A DNA stretch of 64,000 nt from Escherichia phage a48. The notes beneath the pieces are model-generated. The model saw nothing but the letters and a program-made list of their open reading frames with translations, was not told where the DNA came from and ran no database searches. The stretch lies in sequence record OQ067375.1, one strand, 5' to 3'. Shown in pieces: positions 18,918 through 28,459 of this stretch (positions within the stretch are counted from its first letter, which is position 1; each line of letters starts with the position of its first letter). The position numbers and the translations under genes were made by a program.

Positions 18918-19930
18918 TAGTTCAGTGCATTGTTCAGTTTAGAACGTTGCTTTATCAGATTTTGAACCCTTGACTGAGCTTGTTCTAACGCCTTTTCAGC
19001 TTCTAGCACTTCATTGGTCGCTTTAACGAGTTCATCATCTACTGCCTTAAGAGACTTCTCAATCGCGTCAGCGTGCCATTTTTCAACAGGTTTAAGACTC
19101 GGATTTTCAATAGGAAGAAAATTCACTTTATTGAATTTCCATGCATCTTTATTACCTGAACTATACATCCAAAATTTAGGATCGTTTGATGAGTAATTAG
19201 ATGAATTTAAGGTATCTTGCACTTCTTGCTTTTTCTCTTGCGGGACTTCGTCCTTTCTCAAAAAATCGTATTTAAATGAAACGATCATATCAAGTTCATA
19301 TGTTGTTGTATGTTCCCAATTTCGCTCAAAACGAGGTAAAATCTTAGATTGAACAGCAGCAACAACATCCATATACTTAAATGCTTCTGTCAACTGTGAT
19401 TTAAGGCATTCGCAAATTGAAAGAGAATTTTTTGTATTAGGTTTAAAGCTAATTCGTGCAGTTCTATTATTTTCTTTTAACGGTCTTACTTCCATCTGAA
19501 GAGTATAACCATCAAATTTCAGATTCTTTAAGTTAATATCAGAGCCTTTTAATCGACTAGCAGTAGACAAAATTTGCTTTAATTGTTTACGGAACAGAGC
19601 AATAAATCTCCATTCAAGACGATAATGATTTGGATTAAAAAATCCAGTTGATAGATCAGTCTTACTTTGACCAACGCCTCGAACAAATAGAGGATTTTTA
19701 TAATCAATAGTTTTACAGAAATCGGTGAGCTGCTCGCGAGCAGTCATTTGTGTAATATACCCTGCTTTACTAAAATTACGCACCCATTCACTGCTATTCG
19801 TATACTTAAAGTGATGAATAACACGATTAACTTTATCAGGGTCTAAATTATTTTCACACAAAAATGTCATAACATCACGAGTATAACTGGCATTACGAAC
19901 CATATCTTCAATTTGAGAACGAGTTTTCAT
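18917..19930 (-). CDS. paralog family member C (C-terminal coiled coil)
   Basis: 337 aa; N-terminus MKTRSQIED...; C-terminal coiled coil. Confidence 0.6.
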   Translation of the reverse strand: MKTRSQIEDMVRNASYTRDVMTFLCENNLDPDKVNRVIHHFKYTNSSEWVRNFSKAGYITQMTAREQLTDFCKTIDYKNPLFVRGVGQSKTDLSTGFFNPNHYRLEWRFIALFRKQLKQILSTASRLKGSDINLKNLKFDGYTLQMEVRPLKENNRTARISFKPNTKNSLSICECLKSQLTEAFKYMDVVAAVQSKILPRFERNWEHTTTYELDMIVSFKYDFLRKDEVPQEKKQEVQDTLNSSNYSSNDPKFWMYSSGNKDAWKFNKVNFLPIENPSLKPVEKWHADAIEKSLKAVDDELVKATNEVLEAEKALEQAQSRVQNLIKQRSKLNNALN

Positions 19931-19938
19931 GGTGTTCC

Positions 19939-20847
19939 TTAAGATTTAAGTAAATCAACAATTTTAATTAATTTTTCACGTTCAGATTTAGCTTTACTAC
20001 TCAATCCAGATAGTCTGAAAATTTCATCGTCATATTGTTGAATAGAAATATTCAGCTCTTCAATTTGCTTATTAAAATAATCAATTTGTTCAGAATGTTT
20101 TTCGTTACTACGAACTGGTGCAGGTTTTGTAGGCAATTTAGTTGAACTGGATTCATCCGGGCGATAAATTAAAATACAATTTGAACCAATAGGGCATTTT
20201 GCACCAGACACATATTCTAATGTTCCGGCTTCTTTTAAAACTTCAAAAGCTAAACAGAGATGATGACCCATATTGGCATAATCTGTAGAGTGAGCTCTGA
20301 TATAATAATCATCTCCACGAGTACTAAATTTAAAACATTTAAGGTCTTCTGTATTATTGGTCTTAAAAATCATTTGTTTATCTAGACCTTTAGCTAATCG
20401 AGCACCTAATGCTAATAATCGTCGTTGATTTTCCCACAAATCTGCGATCATTTGGTCAAATGATAATTTCGGCATTAGTCGACCATAAAGGTCATATCCT
20501 TTATTATAATTGCGAAGAATTTCACTCGCGTTAATGCGAGACAACGCTCCAATTTTATTAAGGGCTTTCATGATGCGATTAGATAAAAGCATTCCAGACC
20601 CGTTTGTTCGTTGTAAATGTTTTTCTAATCCAAATCCAATATCAACTTTAAACTTATCTAAAATTTCGGCGTGAACATCTTTATCGATAACATTTAAATT
20701 TAGTACTGGGTTAAATTTATGAAAAAATTTATCTGACTCGTCGCGTTGAAGTACAGTCCATTCATTTGATTTTTTATTAACTAAAGATTTAATTACTGCA
20801 TTGACATTATTAATTGCTACTGACATATTTTCCTCACTCAATTTCAA
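19939..20847 (-). CDS. paralog family member D (C-terminal coiled coil)
   Basis: 302 aa; C-terminal coiled coil (IDYFNKQIEELNISIQQYDDEIFRL...). Confidence 0.55.
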   Translation of the reverse strand: MKLSEENMSVAINNVNAVIKSLVNKKSNEWTVLQRDESDKFFHKFNPVLNLNVIDKDVHAEILDKFKVDIGFGLEKHLQRTNGSGMLLSNRIMKALNKIGALSRINASEILRNYNKGYDLYGRLMPKLSFDQMIADLWENQRRLLALGARLAKGLDKQMIFKTNNTEDLKCFKFSTRGDDYYIRAHSTDYANMGHHLCLAFEVLKEAGTLEYVSGAKCPIGSNCILIYRPDESSSTKLPTKPAPVRSNEKHSEQIDYFNKQIEELNISIQQYDDEIFRLSGLSSKAKSEREKLIKIVDLLKS

Positions 20848-21241
20848 TTTTACTAAATATACAGAATAAGATAGAACAGACTATATAAGCACCACACACA
20901 GATTGAACTAATACCATTCCAAAGAACCAAACAATATTATCAAACAGTGTCTGTTTTACGTCGAAAGGACGTAAACTTACAGTAATATTATCACCTTTTT
21001 CTATTGAAGAATACATCTCTGGGGAAATATATTCACTAAATCTATAACCGTCTTTGAGTTCATATACGGCAATAAACGATAAACTAGACCCCTTTCCTTG
21101 TGTTCCTGTAATAGTATTAACTACAGTAACATCATAATCTTTATAATGCATATAATCATTAATTGCGTAATAACCATATGCAACTACTACACATAAACAA
21201 CATATCAATAAATTCAATCTTTTAATTATCAACTGTTTCAT
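20834..21241 (-). CDS. membrane protein
   Basis: 135 aa with N- and C-terminal hydrophobic helices. Confidence 0.5.
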   Translation of the reverse strand: MKQLIIKRLNLLICCLCVVVAYGYYAINDYMHYKDYDVTVVNTITGTQGKGSSLSFIAVYELKDGYRFSEYISPEMYSSIEKGDNITVSLRPFDVKQTLFDNIVWFFGMVLVQSVCGAYIVCSILFCIFSKIEIE

Positions 21242-21296
21242 AATAATCTCAGTTAAAAGGGCTTAGAACCATTATACCATCCTTGGTATAAAGCGG

Positions 21297-21824
21297 TTAT
21301 GCGAGTACCGTCTTTAACCGTTCTTCAAACTTCCGAAGAGTATTCTGGCGTTCAGCTCTTTGCTTTTTGTAAGTTTCAATACGCTCTGAAATGAGAGTGT
21401 ATCGTTCATTTACTGATTCTTTCATAAAATCAGGAATTTCACGAGAAGCTTTAATCTCATCAAATTTATCAATAACAGCTTGCTCTTCAGCAATTAAGTT
21501 ATCATACATTAAAATATCTTTCTTGATAAACTCAATATCTTCTTGAGTTACACGAGATAATTTAGATGCTTTATCCTTTTTGTACTGTTCGTTAGTATCA
21601 CGAGACCAGTGTAATGTACGATTTTTATTCGTATTCTTGTAAATTTCTACAATACCGATCTCATCGATAATAACGATCCAATTCCAACGGGATTTGTAAA
21701 TTTGTCCTCCGTCAACTGTGATTTCACCTCCGATTGAGATGTCATTAAAGAACTTACTTTGTGCTTCAGATTTAAATTTACCATCGTTGTAATTTACCAA
21801 GTTGAAAATATCTTTAGCGTTCAT
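21297..21824 (-). CDS. hypothetical protein
   Basis: 175 aa ORF directly downstream of an early-type promoter. Confidence 0.55.
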   Translation of the reverse strand: MNAKDIFNLVNYNDGKFKSEAQSKFFNDISIGGEITVDGGQIYKSRWNWIVIIDEIGIVEIYKNTNKNRTLHWSRDTNEQYKKDKASKLSRVTQEDIEFIKKDILMYDNLIAEEQAVIDKFDEIKASREIPDFMKESVNERYTLISERIETYKKQRAERQNTLRKFEERLKTVLA

Positions 21825-21852
21825 TTTCTGTTCCTCCGTAGTTGATAGTTGT

Positions 21853-21882
21853 ATAGTACCACAGAGGAACAGTCTTGTAAAC
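21853..21882 (-). promoter_or_regulatory. early sigma70-type promoter (-35 GTTTACA, -10 TACTAT)
   Basis: Shares the conserved GTGGTACTATACAACTATC core with four other sites; upstream of the ORF starting at 21824. Confidence 0.6.
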
Positions 21883-21884
21883 CA

Positions 21885-22190
21885 CTAAAAGAAACTTCTT
21901 TCACAATTTTTTCCACTGAACCAAGCACTTACCACTTTCTTAGTCTCAGGAGCAGTGTTATCCATAAACCATTCAAAGGCAGCCTTTTTATGATTCTGGA
22001 GGGCTTCTCGGGCTTTAATCTGCTCACGGTCTATTAACACTAACATATGAGCCTTTCTTGTCACCATGGGCTTCTTATGATTTTTTGAATACTCCCAATC
22101 ATTTGTCCATCGCATTGTTGTTGCGAACTGAAATACTGCTTCTTTAATCTTAGTTTCGTAAATTTCACGAGCCTTTGAGTATAACATCAC
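21885..22190 (-). CDS. hypothetical protein
   Basis: 101 aa ORF. Confidence 0.5.
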   Translation of the reverse strand: MMLYSKAREIYETKIKEAVFQFATTMRWTNDWEYSKNHKKPMVTRKAHMLVLIDREQIKAREALQNHKKAAFEWFMDNTAPETKKVVSAWFSGKNCERSFF

Positions 22191-22288
22191 TACCTCCGTT
22201 TACCAGTTTAATTCTAGTCATCTTTTTAATGGCAGTCCATATAATCTATTTCTGAACTGCCTTTTTGTCATAGAAGTCCTCTTATGAA

Positions 22289-23269
22289 TTATTTCAGAAG
22301 AGTAACCTCAGCAATTTCTTCCCAACCGTTTTTGTCGGTCATAATAAAGTCAGCAAGATAAAGAGCAGTACGCAGTGAAACATTGCGTAAACGATTAACA
22401 TTAACTTTCATCCATGATAATGCTTTATAAGTTTCTTCATCAGAAAGACCACGCTTTTGCATCATGTCGGTTGAAAGAATAACATCTTCAACCCTGACCA
22501 TAATTTCTTCATTAGTGTGAACACCCAAATCCAAATAAACCGAGCGGGACACTAATGCTTGTAAATGTGGAGCAAGTTTAGTACCACGGTCTAATTCGCG
22601 GTCAATGTCAACGTTTGTGATAAAAACAATCGTTCCTTTAAATTCAAACTCACGCTCAATGCCTTTTTCTTCTAAGTAAGAAGACGCAGTGCTCCAGCAG
22701 ACTTTACGGGTCTCTCCAGTGTCCAGAGCAGCTTTCAGAAGATTAAGAATGTCCATATCAGAGAAAACATCCACATCATCAATCAAAAGGACAGAATTCT
22801 CTTCACGATTATTCCAGAGCTGTTCATAAAGACCGATACCAGAGATTTTACCGTTAATGCTTTTATATTCAATGTATCCAATATCATTTGCTTTATTTAA
22901 AGCTTTATCTAAAGAATATGTTTTACCTATACCTGCCGCGCCAGAGATAATTAATGAACGAATATTTCCATTAATAATACCATTCGTCATCATTCCCATA
23001 ACATTAAATCTTTTATTAATGCGGGTTTTCATATCTTCATATGATTCTTTAACTTCTTCAACTTTTACACCATCATATGAAATGTCTGATTTGTAAACCC
23101 AAACACCGCGACGCTTACCGTCAATTTCAACAAAAACTTTACCATCTCCTTGTGCATCTACCGGAGCATTATCTGGGAACCATTCACCTAAGAGCTCAAA
23201 AGTTCCAGAGATTTCTTTACCGAAGTAGATACCCTTATTGATAGTTACAGTTTTCATTTTATTCTCCAA
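22289..23269 (-). CDS. P-loop NTPase (AAA-like ATPase)
   Basis: 326 aa; Walker A GAAGIGKT and Walker B VLLIDDVD; preceded by an early-type promoter. Confidence 0.65.
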   Translation of the reverse strand: MENKMKTVTINKGIYFGKEISGTFELLGEWFPDNAPVDAQGDGKVFVEIDGKRRGVWVYKSDISYDGVKVEEVKESYEDMKTRINKRFNVMGMMTNGIINGNIRSLIISGAAGIGKTYSLDKALNKANDIGYIEYKSINGKISGIGLYEQLWNNREENSVLLIDDVDVFSDMDILNLLKAALDTGETRKVCWSTASSYLEEKGIEREFEFKGTIVFITNVDIDRELDRGTKLAPHLQALVSRSVYLDLGVHTNEEIMVRVEDVILSTDMMQKRGLSDEETYKALSWMKVNVNRLRNVSLRTALYLADFIMTDKNGWEEIAEVTLLK

Positions 23270-23291
23270 ATCCGTATCAGTTGATAGTTGT

Positions 23292-23321
23292 ATAGTACCA
23301 TAAAGCTTTATGCTTGTAAAC
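23292..23321 (-). promoter_or_regulatory. early sigma70-type promoter
   Basis: Same conserved core; upstream of the P-loop ATPase gene (start 23269). Confidence 0.6.
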
Positions 23322-23350
23322 AGTTTTGTGAAAAATTTTTGAAATAAAAA

Positions 23351-23370
23351 AGGGAGCCCGAAGGCTCCCT
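23351..23370 (-). other. UUCG-tetraloop hairpin 3' of the nucleotidyltransferase-like gene
   Basis: GGGAGCC-UUCG-GGCUCCC on the minus-strand RNA. Confidence 0.5.
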
Positions 23371-23371
23371 A

Positions 23372-24385
23372 TCATTTATAATAACTTCGGTGGTTTTCAA
23401 GATAGACCTTCTCAAGGAAGTCATCCCAGAAACTCATGTCTACTGTTTTAGGCATACCGTTCTTAGAAGCTTCAGTAGATGCTGCTTCTACTTGATCGAC
23501 CACATCTTCCAAAAACTCTTGAACGGTTTTAAATGGATGTTTACCCAACTTCACGTCGAGAATAAATGGAGCATCTTGAAGTGGATAAATCAAGTCGCCA
23601 GTTTTGTAAATTTCCAATAGTTGAAGTCCACCACGACAAGCATGACTCAAAGCTTTCCAGTCAATACCTTCATTGGCTTCAGCCTTACGAGCACGTTCAC
23701 CATATTCAGCATCTAATTTGTTCAGTGACTGCTTAAGCTCAATAAGAGAAAGAGTTGTCTGATATTTACGACCCAACACTGTGTAAAACGTCTGTGGGCC
23801 TGTTTTCTCATGATTATGGAACACCCATTCACAGAATTCGTTTTCTGGAAGACGATGCTTAATATCTTCAACTTTAGTGCGACGCTGCTTAATAGAACCA
23901 TCTTCTTGGTAATCAACCCATTGCTCGGGGATTTGATTAACTACTTTCAATACATCACGTAATGCAGCCAAACGAGAACCCTTGACACCGTATTTAGAAG
24001 CTTGCTTGCGGACATATCCTAAATATGATTTCATGTTAGTCGTATAAAAACGAGAACGGTTGTCTTGAATAAACTTCCACACATCAGGCAAATCAGATTT
24101 AACCACTAGTTCAGGTGGAGTGTGAAGCATATCCAATGCTACAGTTTCACCATCTGCCGCTAATTTAAAGAAATATTTAAGACTGTATAGTTCATGGTCA
24201 ATATCATCTTTAGTGTTTTTAGATGATGTGTTGTTAGTGTTTTTACTCATGTGCTCTTTGACATTTCCGATAAGAATATCGCGAGCAGGAGGAACAAAGA
24301 TTTCTTTAAAATCTACATCAGATTCTGGGGTAGAAGTTCCATAAAGATGACTACCAAAATAGCTTTTCATTACTGTTTTCATCAT
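23372..24385 (-). CDS. nucleotidyltransferase-like protein (Pol-beta superfamily motif)
   Basis: 337 aa; N-terminal GSHLYGTSTPESDVDF fits the GS-x(9-13)-DxD nucleotidyltransferase signature; stem-loop after the stop. Confidence 0.55.
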   Translation of the reverse strand: MMKTVMKSYFGSHLYGTSTPESDVDFKEIFVPPARDILIGNVKEHMSKNTNNTSSKNTKDDIDHELYSLKYFFKLAADGETVALDMLHTPPELVVKSDLPDVWKFIQDNRSRFYTTNMKSYLGYVRKQASKYGVKGSRLAALRDVLKVVNQIPEQWVDYQEDGSIKQRRTKVEDIKHRLPENEFCEWVFHNHEKTGPQTFYTVLGRKYQTTLSLIELKQSLNKLDAEYGERARKAEANEGIDWKALSHACRGGLQLLEIYKTGDLIYPLQDAPFILDVKLGKHPFKTVQEFLEDVVDQVEAASTEASKNGMPKTVDMSFWDDFLEKVYLENHRSYYK

Positions 24386-24843
24386 TCAGCCTTATATTCA
24401 ATAACAGGACACACTTTAGCTTTACGAGCTTTTAAAAATTCAACGATAATCGATTTCTTAGGTTGAATAGGAGGTAAACCTTTATACGCCCTATCAATAT
24501 TTTCTACGTGTAAAGCATAATCCTTTTTCCATTTATAATCTTTATATTTTTCACGCAAATGTGCAGGAATAACAAATGAACCGATAATAAGTAAAACAAC
24601 CAAAAGCGCAAGTATAAATGCTGATGGAAGCAAAGTCCATAAACTACCAAAAATAAGCCAACGCTGTAGGCTTTCTGCACAAATAATTGTTAGCCCTACG
24701 AGTATAGCACATCCAAAAATAGAAACGAAAAATGTAGGAATGGCAATAGACCAAAAATATGCGCATAGTGTCTTAGGTCGTTGCCATTCATCGTTAAACA
24801 ATTTGAATAATTTATAGTGCCAAGAGTTTTCATTAATAATCAT
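24382..24843 (-). CDS. multi-pass membrane protein
   Basis: 153 aa with three hydrophobic segments. Confidence 0.5.
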   Translation of the reverse strand: MIINENSWHYKLFKLFNDEWQRPKTLCAYFWSIAIPTFFVSIFGCAILVGLTIICAESLQRWLIFGSLWTLLPSAFILALLVVLLIIGSFVIPAHLREKYKDYKWKKDYALHVENIDRAYKGLPPIQPKKSIIVEFLKARKAKVCPVIEYKAE

Positions 24844-24845
24844 AA

Positions 24846-25367
24846 TTATCCTTTCATTGAAGGCGTAACGGTTGTTAAATACTTAATCATAGCTTCAGCT
24901 TCTGATTTTGATAATGAAATTTCTTCATTGTTTTGACGAATAGAAATAAAATCCGGATGACGGTCACCACCAGCTTTTAAAACACACATATAAGTATCAG
25001 TTTCATCTTCAATATCTGAAATGATTGAAGCAGTTCCACATGAATGTGGTTTTTGATAAATCAATACAGCTTTTCTTCCACCGTTTGACTGTTCATAAAC
25101 TTTTAACACATCAAACAAATCGCTTCTTTTATCAATAGCTAAGATGTTGTTTTCATCTTCAATATTAAATCCTTCGGATACTTCATAAAGTGTCACCCAT
25201 AAATCACCAATATCAATAACAGCGTTCACTTTTCCATGACTTTCAAGAGCATGACAAATTTTCTTGATTTCGTCATAACTCATTTTAATAATATCATCTC
25301 CTTGAATAAGAAAGATGTCATTTTTAAATTCAACACGAATTAAACCACTTCCACTTGAAATAAACAT
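24846..25367 (-). CDS. hypothetical protein (tandem paralog 1)
   Basis: 173 aa; shares internal FNIEDE and C-terminal ...YLTTVTPSMKG motifs with the upstream neighbour. Confidence 0.5.
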   Translation of the reverse strand: MFISSGSGLIRVEFKNDIFLIQGDDIIKMSYDEIKKICHALESHGKVNAVIDIGDLWVTLYEVSEGFNIEDENNILAIDKRSDLFDVLKVYEQSNGGRKAVLIYQKPHSCGTASIISDIEDETDTYMCVLKAGGDRHPDFISIRQNNEEISLSKSEAEAMIKYLTTVTPSMKG

Positions 25368-25373
25368 ATTTCC

Positions 25374-25931
25374 TCACTTTGAAATCATAGTTGGAATGAC
25401 AGAATCAAGATAAGTCTTTAGCGCAATAGCTTCGTCTTTGGTAAATGTGACAATATGTGATCGAAAATCGTCAATTTGGCGAATAGTTAAGACATCTCCA
25501 TCTTCATAACATTTTGATACGTTTAAAACAGTTTCATCATTCTGACTGCAAGCGTTAGTAATAATAGCATTGCAATTTTTAAACCATTTTAAACTATGTT
25601 TTCTTTCATTAGAATAATAAAAATATTTAATCTTATCTATAAAACTATCCCAATGGATAACTGATAAACACATTGACTCGCTTTCAATATTAAATCCTGG
25701 GCATGAAGAATAAAAATGAACTTTATTCTCATCATTGATGCTTACAATTTTATCAGTATAAGGATTTTCAATTTGGGTTAAATGAATGATTTCACTAGGC
25801 GTAAAATATAGCATATCGTCTTCTTGTGTCAAACGATACATATTATTTACTTTTTCTATAGCTAATTCACCAAAAAGCGGACTAACTTCTAATACTAATC
25901 GTTTCATATTGATTCTCTTCGACTCACTCAC
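25374..25931 (-). CDS. hypothetical protein (tandem paralog 2)
   Basis: 185 aa; FNIESES and C-terminal ...YLDSVIPTMISK resemble the downstream neighbour. Confidence 0.5.
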   Translation of the reverse strand: MSESKRINMKRLVLEVSPLFGELAIEKVNNMYRLTQEDDMLYFTPSEIIHLTQIENPYTDKIVSINDENKVHFYSSCPGFNIESESMCLSVIHWDSFIDKIKYFYYSNERKHSLKWFKNCNAIITNACSQNDETVLNVSKCYEDGDVLTIRQIDDFRSHIVTFTKDEAIALKTYLDSVIPTMISK

Positions 25932-26066
25932 AATTACATACTCCTTTGAATAATATCAATAATGTTGTTCACCAGATTATAAGTAAACATTGGGTAATTA
26001 TATTGAATCATCACATACACAACAAACAAAACTTTCATTCTCTTCTCCTTGGCAATTGACAAGATT

Positions 26067-26096
26067 ACTATACCATAACCTTGCCAACTTGTAAAC
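26067..26096 (-). promoter_or_regulatory. early sigma70-type promoter (-35 TTTACA, -10 TATAGT)
   Basis: 17-bp spacer; upstream of the 25374-25931 gene. Confidence 0.5.
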
Positions 26097-26098
26097 CA

Positions 26099-26272
26099 TT
26101 AAATGACGTTTTCAATAAAATTCTGAAGCTTTGTATGAGCATCAACCATGATTTTCAATTCTTCTTTAGCGAAAGCTGTACCTCTTTCACGAGAAGAACA
26201 TTCATAGTCAGAAACTGCATTAGCATATTCTTCAATTAGCTTCATTAAAAACATCTGCTTTTCAGTTTTCAT
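26099..26272 (-). CDS. small hypothetical protein
   Basis: 57-aa hand-found ORF MKTEKQMFLMKLIEEYANAVSDYECS... Confidence 0.3.
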   Translation of the reverse strand: MKTEKQMFLMKLIEEYANAVSDYECSSRERGTAFAKEELKIMVDAHTKLQNFIENVI

Positions 26273-26456
26273 TATTCCACCTAATCATTTCAAGATATTG
26301 AACTAACTTAGCTTTAGATTTATCCAAATCCCTTTTAGCTGCTTCTATACCGTCGTATGAATATCCTTCACAATGCTCAACTGCTAATTGATATGAATCT
26401 ATTTCAATATCATGCGCTAATTTAATGATTTTTTCAAACTGTTCGCGTGTTAGCAT
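26262..26456 (-). CDS. small hypothetical protein
   Basis: 64 aa ORF. Confidence 0.45.
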   Translation of the reverse strand: MLTREQFEKIIKLAHDIEIDSYQLAVEHCEGYSYDGIEAAKRDLDKSKAKLVQYLEMIRWNNEN

Positions 26457-26458
26457 AC

Positions 26459-26677
26459 TTACACTCTCGTATTATGATCGATAATTTCATCAAGAAACAT
26501 ATCTAACGCTTCTACAGCATTATCAACTTTAGCTTCAAATTCTTCAATACCTGATAAGGCAAAGTTAATGCGTTCCTCATCTGCTTTACGAATTAAAGCT
26601 ATCAATTCCTTAATTTTATCCACTTGTTCGATACTAATCATTATTCCACCACATATGAAAGAGAGAATATTGCACAC
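26459..26677 (-). CDS. small hypothetical protein
   Basis: 72 aa ORF. Confidence 0.45.
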
Positions 26678-26829
26678 GCCATGTGAGTTGCAACTTCATC
26701 ACACATATTATAACGTTTCTTAAGAAGTTCTACAAGTTCTTCACTAGTAACTTCATCCATGTCGACGAAAAAATCACCATTAATGATGACGTAGATATTT
26801 CCTTCTTGATTGAGTGCTTCAATTTTCAT
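26641..26829 (-). CDS. small hypothetical protein
   Basis: Trimmed to the ATG at 26827-26829 (RBS AGGAG); the track start at 26874 lies inside the promoter. Confidence 0.4.
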
Positions 26830-26857
26830 GATGTTCTCCTCTTTATCCGATAGTTGT

Positions 26858-26887
26858 ATAGTACCACAGCTCAAACGGAAAGTAAAC
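26858..26887 (-). promoter_or_regulatory. early sigma70-type promoter
   Basis: Same conserved core (GTTTACT ... TACTAT); upstream of the ATG at 26829. Confidence 0.6.
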
Positions 26888-26902
26888 CGGTAAAATGAAA
26901 AA

Positions 26903-26920
26903 AGTCTCCCGAAGGAGACT
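26903..26920 (-). other. UUCG-tetraloop hairpin 3' of the rI.-1 ORF
   Basis: AGUCUCC-UUCG-GGAGACU on the minus-strand RNA. Confidence 0.5.
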
Positions 26921-26924
26921 AATG

Positions 26925-27311
26925 TTATTCGAGGGAAAGAAGATACTTACTTTGGTAAAACATTCCAGTAATATCATCTATCGTGCTTTGGATGGCTGGA
27001 GGCATTTCTTTATAAATGCTGTTAGATTGGTCTAGTATACGATCAATCATTTTAATTGTGTCGGTAGGAAGTTTACTGGCATCTGGAATTGAAGGCGTGT
27101 ATTTTCTACCAGAATACCCCAAATATTGCTCACCAAATTTATCAATCAAATCTGGCAACTCGGAGAAAATAAAATCGTATGCTTTGTGTCTAGCATAACT
27201 TTTAGTTTCAAAATGTGCAGAATGAAAATAAGCTTGTGCAGCCATTAATAAACCTAAATATTCATCTGCCTTTGAAGGTTTTCCACTTTGTGAAAAGTCG
27301 CTGAATTTCAT
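26925..27311 (-). CDS. hypothetical protein (rI.-1 position)
   Basis: 128 aa ORF immediately downstream of rI. Confidence 0.55.
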
Positions 27312-27601
27312 TCAGTCTCCAATTTAATGTTCATAATTCTAGCGTATGATTGTGCCATCTCCGCGCCTCGCTCTATACATTCAAAATCAGAAGAGCACGG
27401 GTCATTTTTATAGGTCGTTCTCATAAAACTATAGAATTGTTCAGACGATTCTACGCTTTTATTTTCAAAAAGCATATAAACGTGCCTAATACCAGATTCC
27501 ATAAATTTATCAAAATGAGGATCGACATTCGCTTCAATCGGTGGAGATAAAACAAATGACAATCCTAGCATGGCAAATAGTGCCGTTGCTTTTAAGGCCA
27601 T
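27308..27601 (-). CDS. rI: lysis-inhibition regulator RI (periplasmic, signal peptide)
   Basis: 97 aa; N-terminal signal peptide MALKATALFAMLGLSFVLSPPIEA; next to tk as in T4. Confidence 0.78.
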   Translation of the reverse strand: MALKATALFAMLGLSFVLSPPIEANVDPHFDKFMESGIRHVYMLFENKSVESSEQFYSFMRTTYKNDPCSSDFECIERGAEMAQSYARIMNIKLETE

Positions 27602-27613
27602 AAAGGCCTCCTA

Positions 27614-27826
27614 TCATTTTTGTCCTGTATTTACTTTATGCCGATGCACGGCCTTAACTTTATCAAGGTATTTTTCAAAATTTCGCAATCTAGCATAGTC
27701 TGCCAGAGATTGGTTGAGTGATACTTCTCGACGCAAAGCTGAAATGATATTTCCAACTTCCCTACGAATTTCATCTAATTGAAGCACAGTAAGATTGCGA
27801 AGTTGCTTTTCAGTTAATTGTAGCAT
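27614..27826 (-). CDS. small hypothetical protein (rI.1 position)
   Basis: 70 aa ORF between tk and rI. Confidence 0.5.
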   Translation of the reverse strand: MLQLTEKQLRNLTVLQLDEIRREVGNIISALRREVSLNQSLADYARLRNFEKYLDKVKAVHRHKVNTGQK

Positions 27827-27868
27827 ATATACCCCTTTAGTTAGATAAACCTATTTATAACTTTTGCA

Positions 27869-28450
27869 CTAACCGAGCTTTTTAGTTAATTCATTCCAAT
27901 GTTTTCTACACAAAGAAACATAAATTTCATCACCAATACAGATTTGATTACCTTCTTTAACTGGTGTTCCATCTTCCATTAATCGAGCTGTCATAATCGC
28001 TTTTTTGCCGCAATGACAAACTGCCTTTAGTTCAATAAGTTTATCTGCAATCGCTAAAAGTTCTTTAGAACCTTCAAACAATTTTCCAGCGAAATCAGTC
28101 CTTAATCCATAAGCCATAACAGGAACATTATATGTATCAACAATTCGACTTAATTGATGCACCTGTTCAGTTTTTAAAAACTGAGCTTCATCTACAAATA
28201 CGCAATGAATATCTTTTTGTGCTTCAGCCCATTTATAGAACTCGAAAATATCCATATCATCTGTAATAATATTCGCTTCCTGCTTAATTCCAATGCGAGA
28301 AACGACTTCACAGACAGAATCGCGAGTATCAATAGCAGGCTTAAGAACTAATACACTCATTCCACGTTCTTTATAATTATGTGCAGCAGTCAAAAGAGAA
28401 GCAGATTTTCCAGCATTCATTGCTGCATAAGTAAAAATTAAACTCGCCAT
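27869..28450 (-). CDS. tk: thymidine kinase
   Basis: 193 aa; P-loop AMNAGKSAS and C-terminal zinc-binding Cys pairs typical of type II thymidine kinase. Confidence 0.92.
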   Translation of the reverse strand: MASLIFTYAAMNAGKSASLLTAAHNYKERGMSVLVLKPAIDTRDSVCEVVSRIGIKQEANIITDDMDIFEFYKWAEAQKDIHCVFVDEAQFLKTEQVHQLSRIVDTYNVPVMAYGLRTDFAGKLFEGSKELLAIADKLIELKAVCHCGKKAIMTARLMEDGTPVKEGNQICIGDEIYVSLCRKHWNELTKKLG

Positions 28451-28459
28451 ATCACCTTC

